Source: Setoptus koraiensis (taxonomy: Eukaryota; Animalia; Arthropoda). From it: DNA of 64,000 nt. Each line of letters opens with the position of its first letter. The stretch's first letter is position 1. The stretch spans positions 12,524,001 to 12,588,000 of the forward strand of contig CM106586.1 of the NCBI GenBank assembly GCA_048013815.1, given 5' to 3'. Below the pieces are notes generated by a model that worked only from the letters and a program-made list of their open reading frames with translations, ran no database searches and was not told the DNA's origin. The translations under genes were made by a program, and so were the position numbers. Shown here one piece after another: positions 1 to 11,166 of the stretch.

Positions 1-1
1 A

Positions 2-2149
2 GAAACCAAAATCGACATGAAACTCATGAAAGAAATTCATCACGACAATATCAACCAGTTTATTGGCGCTTGTATAGAACCTAACTGTGTGTATCTAGTC
101 ACCGAATATTGTTCTAAAGGCAGTTTGCAGGATATTTTAGAAAATTCGGATATGAAATTGGATACCATGTTTATCGCATCACTTGTGTTTGATTTAATAT
201 CAGGGTTGAATTATCTTCACGAAAGTGAATTGAAATGTCATGGAAATCTCAAATCTTCTAACTGTTTGATCACGTCCAGATGGGTGTTGCAAATAACTGA
301 TTTTGGGTTACATTACTTCAGGTCATGCGCTCGTTCTCTAGTGCAACCACAAGAAAACTTGAGACATGCACACAATAGAAGTCTGTTATCGAAAGCACCG
401 GAAATGTTGAGAAATGAGAATCTCTGCGGAAATCAAAAGACTGATATTTATTCGTTTGGAGTCATTCTTCATGAAATCATTGGTCGAAAAGGTCCGTTCG
501 GCATAGATGCGACCTCAATGAAACCAGAAGAGATCATTGAACGCGTGAAAAATCCTCAGAAATGTTCACCCAGATTTTCGCCGGAAGTGATAAAACCCGG
601 CACCGGTAATAATATTATCGGAAACAACGGTAACAATTTTAGTAACTTGCATAATAATAGTAATCATCTCCGCTCGCATGGTTTATTGCGGAACAAAACA
701 TGCATAGACTTTACTGATAATCACACTAGAGGCAATAATCATAATCTTGTGCAACTGGAACAATATAATCAGCAAGCAGTTCGCTCGGGCAGTCTAGGAA
801 ATACTACCGTTGAACTCGGAGAAGCTACCAGGAATGATTACTTTGAGCCTCTCATAACATTTCGACCAGACATCTCCATACTAGATTGTCCAGATTGTAT
901 AATAGATACGATGAAAGACTGTTGGATGGAGAGGCCAGAATCCAGACCTGACATTGGAACAATCAGGCATAGATTAAAATCCATGCGGCAAGGTAGGAAG
1001 GTTAACATTGTTGACAACATGATGGCAATGATGGAAAAATACGCGAACAATTTAGAAGAATTGGTCGAGGATAGGACTCGCGAGCTTGTAGAAGAAAAGA
1101 AGAAGACTGAAGTTCTTTTGCACCGAATGTTACCATCATCTGTCGCTGATCAACTGATGACGGGAGAAGAAGTTAGACCTGAATCGTTTGACGCTGTCAC
1201 TATATTCTTTAGTGATATAGTTGGTTTCACAGAGATGTCTGCGACAAGCACTCCAATGCAAGTGGTGAGATTTTTAAATGATTTATATACCATGTTTGAT
1301 GCCACGATACAGAAGTATGATGTGTACAAAGTCGAGACGATCGGTGAGTTATCCAGCAATCAAAGAATTGTGAATTATGGTTATTTCTCTAAATGTGACA
1401 CTGAATGTTCCACTGTGATTCTAACTAATTGCATCGGTTAATTGCCACTAATAGGTGATGCTTATATGGTGGTAAGTGGCTTGCCAATTCGGAATGATGA
1501 CAGTCATGCGACAGAGATAGCCTCAATGGCTCTGGAGTTGATAGAATCTGTGAAACAATTCAAAATACATCATTTGCCAGACAGGATACTTCAACTGAGA
1601 GTGGGGCTTCATACAGGTGAGTTGATAGAGTTTGGGTAACCATATTCGACGAAAAAGAATATTATAATCCCATTTCAATGAATATTCGTCTAGAAATTCA
1701 CCACAATATTGATGATTTTGTTGAACTATTTGCTTGCAGGACCCGTTGTGGCAGGCGTTGTTGGCACAACAATGCCTAGATATTGTTTGTTCGGTGATAC
1801 GGTCAACACAGCTAGCAGAATGGAGTCAACCGGACTGGCATTAAGAATTCATACTAGCGAACAAACAAAAGAATATCTTGAGAAAACTGGTGAATATATA
1901 ATTCAAAAGAGGGACCAATTAGTTAATCTCAAAGGTAAAGGCGTCCGAGAGACTTATTGGCTTTTGGGTCATGTTGATGGCACAAAACAATATCGCCATG
2001 ACTACGGAACGGATATCCTGGCTTATGAGCCGGCTCTGTTCGTTACTATCGGCCATAGTGACACCAAAAAGAAAAGTCCCCGATTGCCAACGCCAGGATT
2101 ATCTCATAGGCGTGCCTTAGGATTGCCCACTAAATATTCTTTTTCATAA
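2..2149 (+). CDS. Receptor-type guanylyl cyclase, 5'-partial (kinase-homology domain, coiled coil, cyclase domain); exons <=2-1343, 1455-1616, 1740-2149
   Basis: KHD motifs ([15 protein letters not shown]). Cyclase motifs [16 protein letters not shown]|[13 protein letters not shown]|[31 protein letters not shown] introns 1344-1454 and 1617-1739 restore the frame. Frame is open to the window edge. Confidence 0.95.
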
Positions 2150-2185
2150 CTGTTCTACTCAACTTGTACTCCGAGAAATGACTTT

Positions 2186-2569
2186 TCAAGTTATCAATGA
2201 CGCATTACCAGTTGAATTAGGGCATTGGTATATAATATTCGGTATCCTAGATTGATTAAATGGATTATCAGTCTGATAGCCTGCAACATATTCAGATGAT
2301 TGATTGAGAGTTTTGGTGTTGTCATGAAACAGGCTCATTTTACCATCATGGACTCTGTATTTAGGTTCTTTATCAGATAGTGTTGTTAAAAAGATAGACC
2401 ACAATAGTATCCAGAATAATGTATAGAATAAATAAAGCCCAATGTAATATAATAAAAGATAGAAAAGATCTCTTGCATCTGCTGGCTTATATGGTTGATT
2501 ATCAGCGGGGTTGGTATGTAATCCATGACTCTTACTACGAGTTTTCGCGCTTAAATTGGAACCAATCAT
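2186..2569 (-). CDS. Truncated Na+/K+-ATPase beta-subunit (nervana)-like protein, 127 aa; possibly a pseudogene
   Basis: Single TM segment LFYLLLYYIGLYLFYTLFWILLWSIF followed by FLTTLSDKEPKY (beta family pattern xxTL-D-xPxY) and NIIYQC (nervana NIYNC). Stops near the first ectodomain Cys. First true ATG at 2569; the ORF-track start is TTG. Confidence 0.55.
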   Translation of the reverse strand: MIGSNLSAKTRSKSHGLHTNPADNQPYKPADARDLFYLLLYYIGLYLFYTLFWILLWSIFLTTLSDKEPKYRVHDGKMSLFHDNTKTLNQSSEYVAGYQTDNPFNQSRIPNIIYQCPNSTGNASLIT

Positions 2570-2717
2570 CAAAGCTGTTGTCGCAAATTACTTAATTGGT
2601 AGCAAAAATAAACCAAAAAACGGTGTGACCCCACCTGAGAGGCATGGATCAACTGGACTGGTTTGTTGTTGTCTCAGAGATCACATCTCGAGACTTCACT
2701 ATGAAGAGTCTGAGACG

Positions 2718-3098
2718 CATATTGTTTAAAATACATCCGATATGAGACTGATACTCAGGTGTCACGTGATTAGTACATATTCACGCTCTCTCTCACTCTC
2801 CATGCGGCTTATAAGCTTTCAATAGTAATGTAGAAGAATGCAGGGCAACAAGTTTCATGGATCTCTCTTGAATATAACACTCTTTGTCAGAACACACGGA
2901 AAGTGTTGAACGATGCAAAACTGAAGATTTAAACAGACGACCAGTTGAAATCAATTCTTTTTCTAGTTCACAAAGATATATATTGTCCGAATGGAGGTCA
3001 GTTTTAACTGTGACCAATCGAAGTATCGGATGATAACTGCCCAAGATCAGAGGTGGTGTAGCTATGAATTGGCAGCGATTGCAAGATACAATTGACTT
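2718..3098 (-). pseudogene. Decayed protein-kinase relic, most like PINK1
   Basis: One frame reads SCNRCQFIATPP..ILRL, DLHSDNIYLCEL, VCSDKECYIQERSMKLVALHSS, two TGA stops, then NHVTPE and IGCIL. This is the order of kinase subdomains V, VIb, VII, VIII, IX and resembles PINK1 ([40 protein letters not shown]). By-eye alignment only. Confidence 0.4.
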
Positions 3099-3491
3099 TC
3101 ATTATTTTTTTTTTATACAAATGTATCGATAAATTTACATCATACATGTAGGATATATATATATGATTATCCTAGTTACATATTGATATCATGGTGGTCA
3201 TGGCCTGCGCTTTGTTTATCTATAGTGAGATTAGCAATTCAATTTAATTGTTTATTTGGCTACCACATCAAGCAAATATATCTGTTTTTATATCTCTGCA
3301 TTTAGTTAGTAAATCGAGCTGCTAAAATCAAAGAAAGTCGCCATCCAATCACTGGATGTAATTTGTGCTTAGCTACCTCGTGATATACGATCACCATTGT
3401 GATTATTGTCTCCAAAATATTTGTCGAAATTACCGATCAATTATCGATGAAAATGACACTTTTTCTTTTGTTCATCCAATAGGAAAATCCC

Positions 3492-4901
3492 TCATTCATC
3501 TCCTTCGTCGGTGATGGCTGCCAGCTTTGGTTGTTCATTCTTGCCGACACTAATACGTTTTCCATTGATTAGATTATCTGTGGCTGATTTTTGTTTCTCA
3601 TTGTTATTAATACCTTTGTTGGCATTTTCATCTGATATGTTGTTATCACCTGTTTTGTTTTTCATCCAATGCCAAAATTCCAAGACTGAACTCCTTCTCC
3701 TCAATTGTTTGCTCTTCCTTTGCGCTATGGCTTCATCAGCCTCTTGCAAGAACGGCTTATAGACTTTCTCAAATACCTCAAAATCTTTTTCAGTCAAATT
3801 GTATTCATCGGCCATATCTCTCAAAGATCGGCAACCTGCCGGCGCTCTACGATAATTTATGTCACACGTTCCACCCATAAAGTCTGGCAATGCTTCTTTT
3901 TCTACCCAATTGGATAGGTCCTTTTTGGTTGCAGTCTTGACCAATTTCTTGTATTCAGAAGGCATGCAAGCTATTTTTTGTCACGATAATCAATAAGATC
4001 AAAAGGATAAAGAGAAATTGTTATAAAACATATTCGAGCGGCATGAGTAAAACTTGCACAACTCCGTGGGTTAATTCAGCACTAGTAGCTAATTGAATTA
4101 TTAATTACCTATAGTTCCGTTGACGATTTTGCTCAACAACCATGGCAATTCATAGATGAGCACATAATTAAGACCCTTTGGCAGGTTAGGCACTACTTCG
4201 TTGATCATAAACAAGAGCATGTTAACGTCCAAATTTGTGTATCCGGCTCCGGCACAATCAAATATGATAGCCCAACCGCGACCGTCGCGCTCCTCGTCAA
4301 CTCTGTTGCAAATGTGTATCAGGTATCGCTTGAAAAGCTCAGTTATACAAGTCAGTCTCTGTGTGGAAAAGGATAGATGTAGACAAAATAAGCATAATGC
4401 AATAGAGTAATCAAGTATTCATGGTTGATAAAATATGATAATTGATAATAATCAACAACTGATTGCCAGAAACTGATTACTAACCTTGTCGTAGAGTTTT
4501 GCGCGCACGTAAATGGTGGTGTTGCCAAGAGTGTCCATTTCGTAGGGAAACACTCCGCCAACTTTGTAGAATTCCTCAGGGAAATCCTCATCTTTCCAGC
4601 GTGGCATATCTAAACTGTGACGCCATTTGCCGCATCTCAACATCATCTGAGCCGCCTCTTCGACATTCTGTTTTTTACGTAACAAGAAACGCGTCACTGT
4701 CCAGTCGGAGTTCATAAATCTCTCATAATCGATTGGATCAAACATTTCCTTGTTTTTCTCATATTCAGCCAATATAATTGTGCGCACCTGTTGGATCATG
4801 TCGGCCGGACAATTGGGAGTGTTGTCCGTCACTAGAGAGTCTAGCCGGTTTCTTTGTTTGACATTGATGAAGTCTTTAGTGGGCATTCGATTGATAGGCA
4901 T
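3492..4901 (-). CDS. CRAL-TRIO (Sec14) lipid-binding protein, MOSPD2-like without MSP domain, 381 aa; exons 4901-4485, 4358-4109, 3970-3492
   Basis: DWTVTRFLLR, IIFDCAGAGYTNLD, LIYELPW, LPDFMGGTC. GT-AG introns 4484-4359 and 4108-3971 give a continuous 1146-nt frame. Confidence 0.9.
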
Positions 4902-5626
4902 CTTGCTGTTTGATGATGTTGCTGCTTGTCAAAAGTTTTGCGTTGATGCGAATGGTGTAAGTATCAAAATGATAATTGAATAGATGCACTCTTTTGCTAA
5001 TTTTTTGTTTATCTTTTTCGTTAGGTTTTCGTGCTTCGTATTAGTTGATGGCACGCGCTTGACTTCTAAGTGATAGCGGTTGACACTAGATAAAGAATGA
5101 TCTCACGAATTGAATTTCATCTAACTGGCGAGTGGGTTGCTGTTGTTGTTTGAGCACTTCTCTCAACTGAGTTAATTGCTGAAATCGTCAACGGCCACGG
5201 CTTGCACTAGGACGACGAAAATTGTTAACTGAAATTTTGTTTACTTCTCTCTCTCTGACTCTTTCACAGGTGTATTTCAAATGACGCAAGCGAAAATGTT
5301 GGTACAGCACCTCCGTACAGGCAGACAGAGACACCTTGTGGTGTTGTTGTAGTTGCTGTTTCTGGATGTAGTTTATTATCTAATGTTCATAGATGATTTC
5401 GCTGACGCGTAATGCAACAAGTTCAACACAACGAGTTGAGTGGCTGGATGCTGGTTTTGATTGAGCATGAATCAATGATGTAGTAATTGTAGTGTCAGAG
5501 GCAGTGGAAGCACTCTTTCATCTACCTACTATTACTATTACAAAACTATTACTTTATCTTGCCTATCCATATACCAGAAGAGACAGGAAGGTAAATATAG
5601 TTTGAGCCATAGGTTAAGCGATAACA

Positions 5627-5631
5627 GCGGT

Positions 5632-5683
<52 letters not shown>

Positions 5684-5710
5684 ACAACAGCAACAGCAAC
5701 AACAACAGCA
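5627..5710. repeat. (AAC/AGC)n trinucleotide microsatellite
   Basis: Run of aac and agc triplets read directly. Confidence 0.9.
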
Positions 5711-7222
5711 ATATCAAGCGACCACAACCACTAACAGGTCCTAATAACTTTCTTTCTCTATCTCGCTTTGTCAGACAAGTTATTGAATAGTAAGATAATT
5801 AGTGAAATAAATTATTCAAGAGAAAGAGACAGACAGACAGAGAGGATGGGAGGCTTCATTGAGCCAATGAAAAACCGATACGCGCCACTTAAATCTATGA
5901 TGATCATCTACGATAAAGAATGATGATCACATTTGTTGTTAGTAAATAACTAATCAACAACAATATAATGTTGTTGTAGTTGTTGTGCTTTCAGTTGTTG
6001 TTGCTGCTATTGAGACAGGCAACTCAAGAGATGAACTACCATTGATTTGGTGAGAAGAGAAATAAATAAAGGATAATAGTAATAATCATTCTTCAATGAT
6101 GGCAAACAAGAAGGAGTGTAACAGTCGCAATTGAAAAGCCAGCGACAGCCACACGTCTATTGCCTTCTGCTAGATCGATGATGTTCTTTATTACGCAAAC
6201 AGGCCAGCATCATCAGCACAAACATCATCATCATCATCGTCATCCATGTTGCAGCAGAAGCAACAGGTTGTACCTGAGAAAATCTCCAAAATAATGTTGA
6301 TATTATATACTACTGCTAGCGCCATTATGATGATGATGATGATGATTGTCAGACGTGGAAGTTCTTTATTATGATGCACAAAACCGTGTTAGCCGGTGGC
6401 AGCTAGTCTGGAGTTTAGTTAGCTACATCAATGTGAGCGTAACCACCTTTCTCATATAGTTAGTGTCCATACTTACATACTTACATAAGGTTGATGAGGT
6501 TACCAATGGCTCGATTGGAGGTATCGAAAGTTTAGTCTTTTTTCCATTCATTTGAGGTTTAATTTTATTCGAGCATCACGATTATTGTTGCTGTAGTATA
6601 TGGCATCAATTCTTGTTTTTCTAGTTCTAGGCAGTGGTATCAATAATGTGTACCTGTGTCTATCTAGTATCAATTTATCTGCTTTATTAATTGATGTCTC
6701 TTTCTCTCTTCCGTTGAGTTTGTCTGAGTTACAACATCGACGTGTAACGAGCGCCACACTGATCATTATGATGATTATGATGCAACATAATCACACACAC
6801 ACTCAAAACAAACACTATCAGCACCAATAATAAATCAACTTCAAGTTGCAATCTAACCAGAAGTGATTGCAAACCGTTCACCGAATAGTTTGCTTTTGCG
6901 CAAGCAATGGTGTGAAATGGTGTTGCTTATGACGATGATTCTAAAGAAAGATAGATAAAGAGAGAAAGGCTGTTAATTAGTAGTCACGTTCGTTCTTGAT
7001 TATGATCTAACTGACTAGTTGTTCTGTGGCGCAATCCATCTGATCAGATCATACACAGGATAGCTGCAGTCAGGTTTAGGTCTTTGACCGACAACTAATA
7101 GCAAATTGCTAGTGTTTATGTCTTACTCAGTGGCTTCGTCAGTTGATAATGGCCAAATGAGATTTGTTTTGCAGTTAATCGCATGAATAACCAAATGAAA
7201 CAAATGAAATTCACCGGATAAA

Positions 7223-7392
7223 GCGCGCAAAAAAGATGCAAATTACGTTAGTGTGTCGCGCGCAAATACAGTGACGTCACAATTTGCGTAGTGACAAGTT
7301 TCTAGTACAGCCACAATAAAACCGCTACGCCACACTCCAGTTACTAACCCTTTCATTGAGTTATATTACTGTTCAAGCTGACGGAAATTTCC
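7223..7392. promoter_or_regulatory. Cluster of TF-motif-like elements: two GCGCGCAAA, octamer ATGCAAAT (7236), palindromic CRE GTGACGTCAC (7271), GGAAATTTCC (7383)
   Basis: Motifs read directly within 170 bp. Regulatory function is inferred. Confidence 0.3.
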
Positions 7393-8359
7393 ATCTTCTA
7401 GACAGTTCTCTGCCGAAAAGTTGTCGTCTCTCTCTCTCTCGAATGGCATAAATTCTTGCCATCAGCAAAATCGTCAGACTACTTACTGATGAAACTCTTA
7501 CTGCCAAGGGATAATTGCATGCACGTTACACATGATTCGCTGATGATGACCTCATTATAAGCAATGAGGGTTCCTTAGCAGTAAATTGCGAATTTGATTG
7601 ATTGAGAAATCACCCCAATCATCTGTTGTTGTTGTTGTTGTCGACGACGAGAGTTGGACCTGCCCAATTATTGTTGCCTAATATTCTACTATTCCACTCT
7701 TTGACCTTTCAAATAGCAATAAACCTCACACCACTAGAGACTAGACATAAACAAAATGAGCATTAGGAAATGTTAGCTTGAACTTTGCCCAATGATCAAT
7801 ATATGCTGATCATTGGTTGGCTTGTCTAATAATCGAGCAACAAGAAGAATATAGATAGAGTTGGTTTACGCCAAACAGAGGAAGATGCTAGCTACTGTAA
7901 GAAAGTTGTCTCGGCCAAATCTTTTATTATCTTCATGCAAGCCAAATGATCGGCCAAGTGAAATTATCTTTTTTCGATCAATTTTTTCCGTCTTTGTTTC
8001 TGTGTGTTATTATTATATAGTGGTCCCATATTTGACTAATCTTGTGACGTTACTTTTTTTTGTCGGGAGTTTACCCAAAATGTATACAATCATCTTGTTA
8101 TAATTTCATTTGTAAATTTGTCCTTGACTAACAGACAAACAAAACTAGACAGCCTTTGACCAGCACAAATTTAAAAATCCATAGTTGCATGTCGATCTAG
8201 AGATGGAAAGTCATAAATACGCAAACCTTCGAACAATGGTTTTGCAAAAAAATGATCATCAACCGTCAGTGGCCAATCATCATTGTTTTTGAGAGCTTTA
8301 GCGAGCCACGAATCACGAATGATATCATCAGCTCATTGTTATTCAGCTGGGTGACTCAA

Positions 8360-10272
8360 TCAGCTATTATTTTGAGATCGCAAAGAGAATTCATTTAGTA
8401 TCGTGATAATGCGTGTGTTAATCACAGCTCCTGCATCTTTCGCAAACATAAAATCGAGATGACTCCAGCTGGGATCGTCTATGTAAAAGTCAGAGTATAA
8501 TGGCACTAAAAACATTAAATCGTGAAACAGTAAAAGAAATGAGTCATCATGTGATAAATTATTAATGATTACTTTTGGAAGGCAACGAACAATCAACTAA
8601 TGTGTCTCACCTTTAAGTTCGCTTCTGAGACGAGCAACATCTTGCGGTGGGCCAAACCAATCGTTGACACAGCTCATGAGCACTATAGATCTACTTCGAA
8701 TGTCTGATATGTTGTAGGCGGGCGGAATTATCTGTTGAGAGGGTTTCAAGGATGTGGATTAATTAGCAATAATTGATAAACGGTTTAACGCGAGCTCATT
8801 TTGTTTATACTACCAATCGTTATTGAGTGCGATATTATCTTTGGGTATGTCGTTGAACAACAACAATGGAAAACCGCTCACCTTTGCGTATTTCGCTTGA
8901 TTGCCAGCAGGTCCATGGTCGTACATCTGAAAAATGCCCTTCTCGTATATTTGGCCATAATGATTGAGAACCTTCCAGCTTGTTCCCGTTGGAACATGAT
9001 GAACATAAACGGATATTCTATCTTTGTCGTATTGTCGCTCATTGAAGCCAGTGGCCAGAAACACGGTGTTTGTGCACAATTCCGACGATGACGAACGCAA
9101 ACAAACCAAGGGTAATAGCCTCAGAAGTGGACCTTTGCCAGCAACAGGCGATGTAAACAACTCTGTTATTGGCTTGAAACGAATCAAATATTTGACTGGG
9201 GTGTGTATATGCTGTAAATAGACAACAGGTGCCAATGCAATAAATGGCTCTATAATATCTGTGTAAATGTCTGGTTGAGATGCCAACAATGAAAACATCA
9301 TTGTTGTTCCTTGAGAGTGACCAATGTAAGCAACTTTCGTTTTGTTGTATAACTTGTTCCGTTGTTGTAAATGTTGCTGTTTGTGTACAACAATGTTTGC
9401 ATGATTCCTTTGTACGTAATCAATGACAGCCGGAAGATCATACTTGACCAACTCGTCTAGACTGAAATCCCAAAAAACACGCTCATTGACGGTGAAACTG
9501 GTGTGCTCTCTCGAGTATGTATTGCCTCTTGTGTTAGGTAACCAAACATCATAGCCGATGTTGACCAGTGCGAAGGCGAGCGCATTTGTGGTTGGTGCAC
9601 TGGTTACATTTTTATCGACATGATCATTAGATCTGGTTACCTTTTTTGTTGAGTTTAGCTTTTTAACATCCATTTCCGGTGCTACGTGCCTGACAGGATG
9701 GGCTGGCGGCCTAATAGGTCTAACACTGTCCAAGGAATTGGTTACAAAGTCATCTGATGAACACATTATTCCATGTTGCAAGATAACTGGACGCAAAAGT
9801 GCTCGCTCTTCATCGGTGACCAATGGATTCACTAAACGAAACACCGTTAAGATATAGCCATCATGTGTGGTTACTTTGTGTGCTTCAGCCCGAAAACCTC
9901 TCGATTCGGCCAACTCGGTCTATAAGTGTAGTTATAAATATGCGTTGATTCGGATGATAATAAGAGATAGACATATAGTGATAGACGGTATATAATATAG
10001 TGCCACTATCTAATTGGTTCTGTTTATCTTATTGTGAGCTAATTACTTACAAAATTTCTGAAGGCGTCGGGGTGCACAACCGAGGGTGGAGTGGCGCTTA
10101 ACGGTCTGCCTGATGGAAAAACCTCACGCAACTGACTTACTCTATCGACAATCGTATTATATAGACGGTCCAAAAGCTGACATGTGGCCGGTTGTATTAT
10201 GAGTGATGAAAATATCAACAGCGACACTCCAATCCTAAATACGTATCCTTGGTTACTTTTGAGGATTTTCAT
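8360..10272 (-). CDS. Acid lipase (gastric/lysosomal lipase, lipase-3 family), 508 aa; exons 10272-10051, 9919-8882, 8731-8611, 8505-8360
   Basis: Signal peptide, THDGYIL, LQHG, DVWLPNTRGN, catalytic GHSQG, NDW and HLDF. Three GT-AG introns (10050-9920, 8881-8732, 8610-8506) give a 1527-nt frame. Confidence 0.92.
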
Positions 10273-10454
10273 CTTGACGATTGGGTTGGCTTATATTGTT
10301 TTCATTCCTTTCTCAAGAGTGTCTGATGATTTCCGACGATTTCTTCAAGTACCAGTAATGGTATCAGTCTGATTAAAAGAGCTTTCAGATAATTTATCAA
10401 TCGTTTGTCAATGTTAAAATGTAAAAATCTGAGAGATGTCCTGAGAGAATTCCT

Positions 10455-10790
10455 TTGTCACAGATTGATATTGATAAAGCATCAACTTTCTATCGATGTA
10501 TGTAAACGGAAAGCTGCGGCTCTCACAGTTGTCAGTCGATAAATTATCCACTGTCTATGAATATATGAAAGTAGATAGTCAGGTGGCCAACAATATCGAT
10601 CTGATTAGATTGCATGATCGATCTTAGAACAGTGGCTAGAGAAAATCGAGCCACTGCTTTTGCTTATTTACTTTCGTGGGATGAATCACAACTTTAATCT
10701 GCTTTCTCGCCTCGCATTCCAACTAGAGTGCTAAACTATCGAAATTCATTCTGATCTAAAGAGAGCAGATGGTGAAGACTGAACCCAAAA
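10455..10790 (+). pseudogene. Possible decayed protein-kinase fragment
   Basis: VYEYM (10553), frameshifted DLEQWL (~10620) and IHSDLK (10744) occur in kinase subdomain V to VIb order, with stops. No DFG found. Confidence 0.2.
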
Positions 10791-10942
10791 GAGAAACATT
10801 GGAGCCCTCATGCCTTCGTTAGAGTTGGAAACAGTTATTCTTTATTAGAAGATATGGTTAGCTTTAAGATTATCCTTATCAACCGATTATCATTATCAAA
10901 TAGTTATCTCTCCATGAGTACCATGACAAGTTATACGAAGGT

Positions 10943-11166
10943 TGTAACGACCAAATCGTTCAGTCGGTACAAGATATACTAATATGACGCTGAGGGAGGT
11001 TTACTTTAGCTGTTAGATGTTTATTGTATGAGAGTTGAAGCACAAGTGAAGTGTTTGAGATACAAACACTACTATTTATATGCGGTTGGTGAATATAAGA
11101 GTATGGATATGTCCGTGCGTGGATATGGACATGTGAATATTCAACAGCGATAACGCTGGCGTTACA
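10943..11166 (-). repeat. 3' LTR (224 bp); AATAAA at 11025-11020 and TATAAATA at 11080-11073 on the minus strand
   Basis: Direct repeat of 13897-14120. Confidence 0.97.
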
